Positions 1 to 11,277 of a stretch of DNA of 64,000 nt are shown here, piece by piece. Numbering within the stretch: the first letter of the stretch is position 1; the number at the start of each line of letters is the position of its first letter. The position numbers and the translations under genes were made by a program. The notes below the pieces were generated by a model that saw nothing but the letters and a program-made list of their open reading frames with translations, was not told the DNA's origin and made no database searches. The DNA is from Leucoraja ocellata (lineage: Eukaryota): contig JAWMAR010000079.1 in NCBI GenBank assembly GCA_036785375.1, positions 3,224,001 through 3,288,000 on the forward strand, read 5' to 3'.

Positions 1-803
1 ACCCATGGTCAGTCATGACCGAGGGGGGCCTACTACATATGAAAGTTTGTTTTCTAACCCATCCGTAATGTTAATTTATTGTACGAGCTGTTAAAAGAAC
101 AATTAGAAGCTAATTGGATCACAGCCCCTTTAGGAAGTCGGAGTATTTTAGGGCTCTTTGGCTAGGCTTGCTATCATCTGTCCTAGATTATTCTTATGTG
201 GCACAGTGCTCATTTTTGATTAATGAATCTTATGAAATATTTTGAGATTGCTCTAAACTGTCGTGATTGGAGATTTCGTTGGAAATCAGTGGGAAATTAA
301 GCACTTTTTTAGTCATGTAGCTGTACTCTCGTGAAATTGAGGCTTTTGTGGATAGTAAAAAAAAAATTGTATTAAATCACATTATACCTAATTTTCGAAT
401 ACTTTGTCAACCAAGCGCTAAAAGTGAGAAATGCATGTTTCCTAAGTAACTTTGGCACAAAGTCTGCTTTTCAATGCAATGCACAAGATACGGGCTCTGA
501 GTTAATTGTGCTTCTTTTGTGAACCTTGGCTCCAATTTCTCAACGTGGCAATGGATGCTTCTCTATATTTCCGCATTAAGCTTGACAGTGTTTAGTTGTA
601 AATAAAACATGAGGGAGAGAAGGTGGAAAGACTGCAAATGGGAAGAACAGAATTTGTTTGATTTCACACAGCTTTGAGGTAGTGTTGGTGTGAAAGAGGT
701 GAACAATTGGTGAAAGGGTCACAGTTCACTACATTCAAATTGATTAAATCTTCTGAATAGTTCACTGTCAATTGAAGGATAGCAACTTCCAGTATCCTAT
801 ACT

Positions 804-1391
804 GTGTGTAGGAAGGAACTGCAGATGATGGTTCAAACAAAACATAGACACAAAATGTTGGAGTAACTCAGCGAGATAGGCCGCATCTCTGGATAGAAGG
901 AATGGGTGACGTTTCCGGTCAAGACCCTTCTTCAGGAGAGAGGGAGATACAGAGATAAGGATGTGTTAAAATGTAAACAAGGACAGTTAGACTGTTCGGA
1001 GAACTGGGAAGGGGGAAGGGATGGAGAGATGGGGAAAGCAAGGGTTACTTGAAGTTAAATAAGTCAATATTCATATCGCTGGGGTGTAAGCTTCCCAAGC
1101 TAAATATGAGGTGTTCCTTCAATTTGCGCTGGGCTTCACTCTGGCAAAGGCGGAGGCCCAGGACTGAAAGGTCAGTATGGGAAGGGGGAGTTAAAATGTT
1201 TAGCAACCGGGAGATCAGGTAGGTTTAGGCGGACTGAGTGGAGGTGTACAGCGAAACAATCGCCGATATGTGGAACAGCGGATACAGTAGATGAGGTTGA
1301 AGGAGGTACATGTGACCCTCTGTCTCACCTGAAAAGACTGTTGGGGTCCTTGGAGGGGAATGGTATAGGAATAGGTATTACATCTCCTGCG
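804..1391 (-). mobile_element. Penelope-like retroelement 3' fragment (GIY-YIG C-terminus, 3' UTR, terminal repeat with hammerhead motif)
   Basis: Minus-strand peptide [27 protein letters not shown]; reverse complement of 908-935 reads CTGAAGAAGGGTCTTGACCGGAAACGTC. Confidence 0.8.
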
Positions 1392-4300
1392 TCTGTGTAT
1401 TGTGTTAATGCTTTCAGTTTTGGTTTCTTTGTGGAATCTCATGATATTCTTGTCATGGCAATTTGGTATCAATTATGTTGTATTTTGCAAAATCATTATT
1501 TCAGTTAATTTCCTGGAATATTGTTTATATGTTGAGTTCATACGTTTAGGAAAAGGTGCTGTATCGAACATCATTGAACATTTTATGAAGTTGATAGATA
1601 TTTCTGATGCTGGAGACTGTTGATTAATTATCTTTTTATGCAGTTTTGGACCTGAAGGAAAAGAATGAAAAACAAGTTTTGTTTTTGTTTAGTTTTGAAT
1701 GTTACAAGTATAGTCATTGCAATAAGCTTGTACTGGTGTATTCCAGCTGCCAGCCCCGACGTCCTGCTCTGGTGATCATTTGAAATGATTACAAGGTCAA
1801 AATTTCAAACTTCTCCATGTTGTAAAGTCGAAAGTGTAACACACTTCATTTGAAAGACCGTAAATGCACTTTTGAAAAATGTTTATCGCTTCAGAATGGT
1901 TTCAGAATGTAATGCAGAGCTATATGTTAAGAAGGTAGACAAAAATGCTGGAGAAACTCAGCGGGTGCAGCAACATCTATGGAGCGACGGAAAAGAAGCA
2001 CCTGCAGTCCCTTCTTAAACATATATTTTAAGAAGGTTGTTTTATCACTTTGAAGCTGATATATTTTCCACACCCTAATGTTGATGCATAACAATGGACA
2101 GTTAGACTGTTCGGAGAACTGGGAAGGGGGAAGGGATGGAGAGATGGGGAAAGCAAGGGTTACGTGAAGTTAGAGAAGTCAATATGCATACCGCTGGGGT
2201 GTAAGCTTCCCAAGCTAAATATGAGGTGTTTTTCCTTCAATTTGCGCTGATTTGTCCAATGCTATCACGTTGTTCCACTTCCCAGCTCTTTAATGTAAGA
2301 AAGTAATTTAATACTACGGAAATTATTTTTAATGTTATGTCAAAAGATCAACTTTGAAAATGCAAGTAAAAATTGAAGTGTGTGTTTCTTAGTGATCATA
2401 AAATAAAAATATTCTATGGAGGAAGTCAGGCCTATATACAAGACAGAATGGAATAGACTGGTAGGGATTAGTTGGGGGGGGGGGGGGGGGGGGTGTTGGG
2501 ACAGTTAATGTCGAATAGAAACTATGGTATATGAATGCTGTAAACTCTGTGCTTTTAAAATAACTGCTTAATGTGAGAACTTTTTTTTGACAAGCTGTGG
2601 ACTGAATTGGCAACTAGAATTTGAGTTTGGAAATATGTTTCTAATAGTTTAAATAATTGGCTTGGGAGGATAAACTTACCGTTGCTCTCGTTTTGATACA
2701 AATGAACAAAATACCAGTTGTCTTGTCCTCTGTGTCTAAAGAAAACTGAAAGTTTGAATGTGAGCCAGACTTGAAGATTCTGGTGTCCCTCCTTTGTCTC
2801 ACCAAAATCTTGGCAGTAAAAGCAAATGAAGCTAAGTTGCAATATATTTGGAAAATGTATGTGCTAACTGAAATATTAACTGAAAAATCAAATGCGTCAT
2901 TTTTATCTTATTGAAATTGGAACTTTTATTTCTCCTGAGGCACTTCATAAGTCCATGAAAGAGGTTTACATTTGAATAGTATCACTCTCAGCCTCGGGAC
3001 GTCCCAGAAGACTCGCTCACAATCTGCCTTTTCTTAAGGCTTTCACGCTGTCCAGGTCTGCTATTGTAACATTTATTCTTTCTTTCTCTCCTTAAAGGTT
3101 CAAGTGTTTAATAATTATTTTTGCTATACATTATTACCATTAGGTCCGTAATGTCACAGCACAGCCTGTCACCTTGCAGTAGCAGCAGTTTCCTAATAAC
3201 ATTGTTATGGTGGCTGCAAGTAGGGCTTTCTGACAGGGCATACTCAAAGTTCATTGTGGTCTGGGTTGTAGGGATGGCTTGCTTTGTTTTAATGAAGTTT
3301 TGTGCAATGTGCTGCACACTCGAGCTCAAATTGACTGAATGACTGCTTCATCGGAAATGCACCTTGTGCTTCATAGCGGAGAACTTTCACTGACATTGAG
3401 CGGTCATGTACAATTGACAATTAGATTGCAATTAAATCTTGTTTAAATAAAAAAGTGGCAACAAAATTCTTAAATGACCTGACCTGAGCATAACCAACTT
3501 TATATCTTTGTTTTAAATTTCTAGCATCTGCAGTTTTTTTACTCAGACCACTGGTAATGTAACATGCATAATTGAAAAAGCTAGATGTTAGATCTATTAA
3601 ATGTGCTAAATGCGAGTACATTATTGCATTTCCTGTCTAAAGATAATACAATGGTGAACTATTTCCTTTTGTCGGTAATTTTGTCTGAAGTAACCGTAAT
3701 TATTGTTACAGCACTGACAGTTAGTTACATGCTATGTTTCTTCTGTTTGGTTAATCTGCTTTCATGTTCAATGCTGAAGTTAAACTGAAGGAGCTTGATG
3801 TCATTGTACAGCTGGAAATCAGCAAATGCACGGCTCTGCTAAATCAAGTTGCAGTTGAAGATTTTAGTCAAATCTTAACAAGAATAGTTTGGGTTGCATG
3901 CAGCTGAAGGTAGAATATATACACTTTATGGGGCACTAAGGATATTTAAAATCAGAGCCCCAAATATTATCCAGCAGAAATGAATAATTTGGATATACAG
4001 AAGTTATTTATTTTTTGATATAGAATGGTAAGCAGGAATTCTATTGATATCAGATACGAAGCAGGATTCCTACTGTAATTGGATTAGAAGAGGTCCAATG
4101 TGATGCAAGCTAAATAAGGATATAATATTTTGGACCATTGAATCAATTTATCAGTTTATATTTACACCAGTTTTTATAATAAATGCTAATGCTAAGGTCA
4201 TTTACTCCTTCCAAATTAGTATTGTTTCTTCGGAGTTGATTTAATACGTTAACTCTGGGTTATAGCATCCTTTATGAAGTTTTGATATAGATTCTTTAAC

Positions 4301-4555
4301 CTGAGGCGTTGACTGTTTCTCTTTCCACGGATGCTGCATGGCCTGCTGAGATTTTCGCCCTTTTTACAGATTCCCAGCATCGGCAGTATTTTTTTCCATT
4401 TTGAATGGTTTGTTTTAATTTGAAACCTTGAATTGATTTGTGCTATGGTACGGAATTCGCAATATAAGCATTGCTTAAATTCATCGCATCATCATTTCCC
4501 TATTAATGGTTTTCTTTTTCTCCTTTTTCCCCCATCCCTTTTATTCTTCCTAAAG

Positions 4556-5006
4556 CAAATGGTTATGAGCCTTAGAGTGTCAGAGCTCCAAGTGTTATTA
4601 GGCTATGCTGGACGGAACAAACACGGGCGTAAACACGAACTCCTGACAAAGGCACTGCATTTATTGAAAGCTGGCTGCAGCCCAGCTGTTCAGATGAAAA
4701 TTAAGGAACTATATAGACGGAGATTTCCACAGAAGATTGTGACTCCCACCGATTTGAGCCTTTCTTCTGTCCATGCAACTTCAGCTTCCATGACCACGCC
4801 ACTGTCGCCATCTGCTATCCCACAGCTCTCCTATGATGGGCATGCAACAACATCTCCGCTGCTTGCAGTTTCACTGCTGGGACCTAAACACGAGCTAGAT
4901 CTGCCACATCTGACATCATCACTCCATCCTGTCCATCCTGATGTAAAACTGCAGAAATTGCCCTTTTATGACATTCTCGATGAGCTGATCAAACCGACTA
5001 GTCTAG
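4556..5006 (+). CDS. PIAS1: PIAS1 exon 2 (SAP domain with LxxLL, start of PINIT region), 451 nt
   Basis: Polypyrimidine tract + taaag|CAAATGGTTATG; ends CTAG|gtaaga; peptide [30 protein letters not shown]...DELIKPTSL. Confidence 0.97.
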
Positions 5007-8000
5007 GTAAGAAACAAGTAAAAAAAGTATTGTAGCAATCACTGTAGAAATAAAAGGCATAATTTAGTAAATACAGAAATGGGAATATTGTATCCTAAAT
5101 TGAAGTCTCTGACATTTATGAAAGATAGAAATGAGGTATGATAAACATATTTTGTGATTTTTAAGATAAATGAGTGCAGATTGTAACTTTTGCATAGCAG
5201 TTCTAAATTCAGCTGTGTTTCAAAATAATGAATTTAATTCTGTGCTATACTTCTATATTTATGGCAAAACACATCAGTTTTGTATGCTGTTTTAATTCTG
5301 ATCTTATTATTCCAGAATTGAAATTGGCCAGTTTTTTGCAAAATATGCATTGTGCAACCTGAGCTATGTTCACAACTTTTACTTCTTGTCTGAGTTATGT
5401 TTTGAAGTTTACATGGATTCTTGTTGGGGGGGGGGTTAACAATATTTTACGGAACAGAATCTGAGTGACATGGTTGCGTATGAAGGAAACGTGTTCCAAA
5501 GATCCAGGCTCGATCCTGACCTTGGATCTGTGGAATTTGCATGTTCTGGTTTCTCCAGGTATTCCGGTCTCAACCTGCATGTCAAAGATATGCTCAGAAG
5601 TTGATAGGTTGACTTCAAATGTTCCTTTGTGACAACCAAAAGGGAAGTTGCAACTAAGAATAGTTGCAGGGCATCGGGGCAAAAAGAATGGTGCTAATGG
5701 GATTGTTCTGCGAGGAGTTAGCATGGATCCAATGGGCTGAATGGCTGCCTTCCATGTTGTTTTGATAAGTGAAGCAGGGAGTTCTCTTCGTGGAGGAGGG
5801 GTGGGGTGTTGGACAGAGGGTATGGGATTTATAGTTGCAATGATCTTGCTATGACCATATTGAATTATTTTACCTGTACCCTGTCAAATAAAACAGGACA
5901 ATTTTCCCCTTCTGGGATTTGGCCTGGATTTAGTAGTTGTTGGAACTAATATATTAGCTTGACATTTATTCCCAGATCTCATATGATTTCAATTGGAAAT
6001 TAAACTGCATTTTTTTCCAAAAGCTTTATAGTGCACAGTTGAAATCTTCAGCCTCTCTTTAAGACAACCAACTGTTCTGGTATGTCTTTGTGATTTCATA
6101 GAGTGGGATCAGTCCCTTCAGCCCACGATGTTGCTGCCACCTGTGATGCCATTTTGAACTGACCATCTGCCTGCATGCAACACATGCAACAGATAATCCT
6201 CCGATATTTTCGCCACCTCCAACGGATCCCACCTCTGGACACATCTTCCCATCTCCTCCCCTTTCAGCTTTCCGCAAAGATCGCTCCCTCCGTAACTCCC
6301 TGCTCAATTCATCCCTTCCCACCAAAACCAGCCCCTCCATGGTACTTTCCCTTGCAACCGCAGGAATGGCTGCACTTGTCACTTTAACTCCAGCCTCGAC
6401 TCCATCCAAGGACCCAAGCAGTCTTTCCTGGTGAGTCAGAGGTTCACCTGCACCTCCTCCAACCTCATCTACTGCATCCGCTGCTCTAGGTGTCAACTGC
6501 TCTACATCGGTGAGACCAAGCACAGGCTTGGTGATCGCTTCGCCCAACACCTCCGCACAGTTCGCATTAACCAACCTGATCTCCCGGTGGCTCAGCACTT
6601 CATCCCACCCTCCTATTCCGAATCCGACCTTTCTGTCCTGGGCCTCCTCCATGGCCAGAGTGAGTCCCACCGCAAATTGGAGGAGTAGCACCTCATATTT
6701 CGCTTGGCCAGTTTACACCCCAGCGGTATGAACATGGCTTCTCTAATTTCAGGTAGTCCCTGCTTTCTCCCTCCGTCCCCTCCCCTTCCCAGCTCTCCCA
6801 CAGCCCACTCTCCGCCTCTTCCTTTCTTCTTCCCACCCCCCACCCTCACATCAGTCTGAAGAAGGGTCTCGACCCAAAACATCACCTATTCCTTCGCTCC
6901 ATAGATGCTGCCTCACCTGCTGAGTTTCTCCAGCATCTGCCTGCATGTGATTTATGCACCTCAATTACATGCATATCTAAATTTATTTTAAAGACGTTGC
7001 TACCATATCTGCATCCACCACTTACCCTGGCAGCACAGTCCAGGTCGCTACCATTGTTTAAGCAAAACTTGCTTGTATATTTCCTTTAAATTTTCCTTCT
7101 CTCACTTTAAAGCTATACCTCCCAGCATTTGATATTTCCACCATGCAAAATTATTTCAGGTAAATATTAGTCCACTCTTTAGTAAGTTTGCAGACGACAC
7201 AAAAATTGGCAGGTATGGATTTTCTCCAGCTCCAGGCATTAATTCCTTCTTTGTCCTTGAGTGATCCTACACTCTCTTGTTGCCCTCTTGTTTCTAACGT
7301 ATGTGTAACGTACCTTGGAATTTGCTTCAATCCCAGTTGTCAAGGATGTTTCATGGCCCCATTTAGCCCTCCTGATTACCTGTTTGTTCTCTCCTGCTTT
7401 CTACATACTCTTATGCCTTGTCCAATTTCAAGTTTCTGAACCTTGCATATGTTTCCTTTTTTTTCTGATGGTTTCCTTTGGGTAGATTTCAACATCTAAA
7501 ACTTAAGATAAACCTCTTTCCTTCCATCATACTTCTACACAGTGTCAAATTTTATTAATTAGTCACGCTTCAATTCTTATTTACAACCTTTCCCTCATTG
7601 ATTCCACAACATATCTAGAAAATCATCTAGTACACATTTCATAAATTCTAGCTTTATTAAAGCAAAATTGGTTCAATTAATCAAAGGTTAAAGTTTTCAG
7701 TGATTACTGTAGACACCTGTTAAATGTAAGTTTCTTGATTATTTCAATATTTGAAACACACATTGGTAGCCTGTAAATATGTCTTATCAATGTTTGCTGT
7801 TTTCTTAGTTCAACTCAAATTAATTCTAGTTTTATATAATCTCCCAAACCAATATTATTTTCACTACTTCACTCTAATAATCTCTCCCTACATAATAGTT
7901 CTGCATCTCTCTTTTTGTCTGTGTACCCTTGCCAAATGGTATGGGTGAAATGCGGGCAGGTGGGTCGAGTGTACACAGGGCATCCCGGTCGACGTGGGCA

Positions 8001-11000
8001 AGTTAGGCTGAATTGCCTGTTTCTGTGCTGTGTGAATCCATGAAGCTATGACACCTTGAAACCATGTTTCCATGACAATTGGAATATAGTTTGCCTCTAT
8101 TTGTGCCATTAATTAATTTATCTAGTAGAATTTGTCTCAGGTTTTGTGTGCTGTAAAATGAATCCTTTTGAATTTCTTTCATTTTCAATGGTTCATTGGT
8201 CTTTTATTATCACATGAACTGAGGTTCTATGAAATTCTTTATGTGCATTCAGGTCAGTACAAACCCAAGTACAATCCAAGTTCCTCTTACTGGGCATTTG
8301 TTCTTGTGTTTGCTGACTCTATCCAGTTCTCCTGTCCTCAGGGTCGAGCAGGGGAGGAGCTCAGTGGCTTCCCTCTTCAGGCGGGTTTCTCAGCTCTGCG
8401 ATGAGCGAGCCAGGCCCTGCTACTGGGGTATGGCTGTTTGCACTGATGGCATCTGTTATGTGGCCTGACAGTGTCTCTCCCCCACCCATTCCAGCAAGGC
8501 CCGACGCTGCGTGCTCCCACCTTCATCCCCTCCCGGCCCGATGGTGCATGCAACCTGACAGTTCCCCTGTTGTTTTGGGAGCAGATTCCCAATCTCCACA
8601 TATGCCCTTTTTGAGAAGTAGTTTTCCGTTAACATGTGTATAGGAGAACACATGTACAGCTTTCTGTTAGTGAAGAGTTAGGGTGGCAGGATAGGGGAAT
8701 CCTAACTGACCAAGGATATTGAGTTTCTGGTAGGAATAAGGAAGAAATTGTGTGCAGTTTTGGTCTCCTAATTTAAGGAAGGACATTCTTGCTTTTGCGG
8801 GAATGCAGCATAGGTTCACCAGGTTAATTCCCGGGATGGTGGGACTGACATATGATGAAAGAATGGATCAACTGGTCTTATATTCACTGGAATTTAGAAG
8901 GAGGCACATAAAGGTTGATGAATCTCCAGCGTGACCAAGTGTATCCTAGGATATTGGGAAGCAAGGGAAGAAATAGTTGGGGCCCTGGCAAAGATTTTAG
9001 TTTCTTCCTTTTTCATGGGTGAAGTACCAGAATATTGGAGTGTGACTAATATTATACCTTTAAGTAGAGCAGCTAGAAAAATCCAGTAAACGACAGACCA
9101 GTGAATCTAACATCAAGAATGATTGTTACTCGCGGGGTTTCTGAGGATTTGTTTGTGTGAGATTATCTAAAATTTGATTTCTGACCAAGAAGATTGAGGA
9201 TTGAGCAGTGGACATTGTGTTCATGGAATTTAGATAGACCTTTGACACCATCCTGCATGGTAGACTAGTGCAGAAGGTTAGACTACATTGGGATCCTGCT
9301 TGAGAAAATTTGCTTGGTTGTAGGTAACAGAGTGGGTATGCTGGGACTGTTATCTCTGGAGTGAGATTGACTGAGGGATTGGCCTGTTTCTGTACTGTGT
9401 AACTGAATCTATATATAGTTTGACAATTAAAACCATACCTTTAATTGTACTAGCTTGCTAAATTCCTGGTGGAAGATGCATGTAAAATTTGGTTGAGGAT
9501 ACTGTGGCTGACAGAAGAATAGCCTCATGGCTCACCACTTACACAAGAGGAATGATCATTTGAATGAGGAACCTGAAGGAGTGTCGGTAATTGTGGGGCT
9601 TTTGTCTTAAACTTGGCCAAAATGGTGGAAAAATATTCAAGAACTTAGCGAGAAAGATGATTTTATTTTTTTAATTCTCAATTGCCGATGTTTTCTCTCA
9701 ACCTGTTATTTAATGCAGATTATGAGCTGCAGATGTATTGTCGACATAAATAATTCTTGAAGCGTGCCATTTGATCAGATTTGTGTGTAATAGGTTGGCC
9801 TCACTTTAGTTTAAGACTTTAGTTTCCAAATTGGGGGTGGATTGCAGCACATTTCACCATGTAAAGAAAAAGCACTTTGCCCTAATTTTCTATTGAAGCA
9901 GACTGCAGCATATTCAATGTTGGTCCTTTAGCTAAATGGTAGAGAGGACAGGCTAGACAAGTGGCTGAAATGTCAATGGGGAGCACTTTGGGACCAACGA
10001 CCATAAATCTATTAAATTAATTATGGAAAAGGATAGGACTAGGCCACAAGGAAAGTCCTGAATCAGAGAAAGGTTAATTTTGATGGCATTGACAGATGCT
10101 TGCAAAAGTTCATTAAGAGAGGCTGTTATCAGGTAATGGGGCATCTAGCTAATGAAGGCATAAGAATTTTAAGAATGAGATGGGAAGAGTTCAGCATTTA
10201 TTTTTTGTAGTGAAGAGCAAGATTAGGGGACCATCGCTGACAAGCTCTGGCCAGGAAAAAGGCGGTATATGTTTGCCACAGGCAGCTGGACTCCAGCACA
10301 TCCCTTAAGTTCATAAGTCATAGTAGCAGAAATAGGCCATTTGGCCCATTGAGTCTGCTTTGCCATTCGATCTATTTTTCCCATTCAACCCCTTTCTCCT
10401 GCCTTCACCTCATAACCTTTGACGTCCTTACCAATTGCGCTGAGGCCTAATGGAGCTGACGACCTCGAGGCTCCGGAGGCAGAGCACCGTCAGGACTCGC
10501 TCTGAGCTCGCTCCTGTGAGGGTGGTCCGACTCAGGGCTGGAAGAGGCTGGGACGCTCCCGTGAGGACGGCCAGCCCGAGGGTGGAACGAGGCTCCCGTC
10601 AGAGCGGCCGAGCTCGGGAAGGTGCGGCGCTGGCAGCCCGAGGGAGGTTCGGCGCCCAAGTCGGGGCGGCCCGGTCCGGGGGGAGAAGCGACGCCCAAGT
10701 CGGGGCGGCCCGGTCCGGGGGAGGTTCGGCGCCCATGTCGGGGCGGCCCGGTCCGGGGGGAGAAGCGACGCCCAAGTCGGGGCGGCCCGGTCCGGGGGAG
10801 GTTCGGCGCCCATGTCGGGGCGGCCCAGCCCGAGGCTGAAGACGGCACAGTACTCACGTGAGGGTGACTGGGACGGTGTTCTGGCGGCGGTGGCCTGAGT
10901 CCGGGGTTCGGCCGCGGGCCAGCAGCTGTTTCTACAGGACTGGTGGGCGGCAGCTTCAACCACCCCGGGCCGCGGTGTTTGAGCCGCGGGACTGTTCTTA

Positions 11001-11229
11001 ACATCGCCCGGGGGGGGGGGGGGGGGGGGGGTGGGTATCGCCCCAGCGCAGAGGGAGAAGAGGAGGGAAGAGACTGTGACCTAAGACTTTTGCCTCCACC
11101 ACAGTGAGGAGATGCTGGGTGGACTCACTGTGGTGGATGTTAATGTGTGTTTATTGTTGTTTTATTGTATTGTATTATATGTTGACTGCTGCAATTTCGT
11201 TCAGACTAAGTCTGAATGACAATAAAAGG

Positions 11230-11277
<48 letters not shown>

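Larger units (their letters stand above)
10437..11276 (+). mobile_element. GC/CpG-rich non-coding retroelement (5'-truncated) with Rex1-like 3' tail and (TATC)n
   Basis: Homologous to the reverse complement of ~39870-40570; ends TTCAGACTAAGTCTGAATGACAATAAA then (CTAT)n; interrupts a CR1 fragment. Confidence 0.75.

Noticed and set aside
4433-4555. N-terminal 41 aa of ORF 4433-5035 as part of PIAS1
   Set aside because: This is read-through of the intron's polypyrimidine tract; PIAS1 homology starts at the AG acceptor (4556).
1-4555. PIAS1 first coding exon and promoter
   Set aside because: No MADSAELK-like exon or CpG island was found; the region is AT-rich intron sequence, so exon 1 is presumed upstream of the window.
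6059-6691. 210-aa minus-strand ORF
   Set aside because: Antisense shadow of the Penelope GIY-YIG region.
10644-10828. CRISPR-like repeat/spacer appearance
   Set aside because: The intervening units are themselves repeated and only ~10-14 nt long; vertebrate intron with no cas genes.
10447-11004. Pro/Arg/Gly-rich ORFs on both strands (also 40013-40653)
   Set aside because: Stop-poor frames arise from high GC content and tandem repeats within a mobile element; no recognisable domain.
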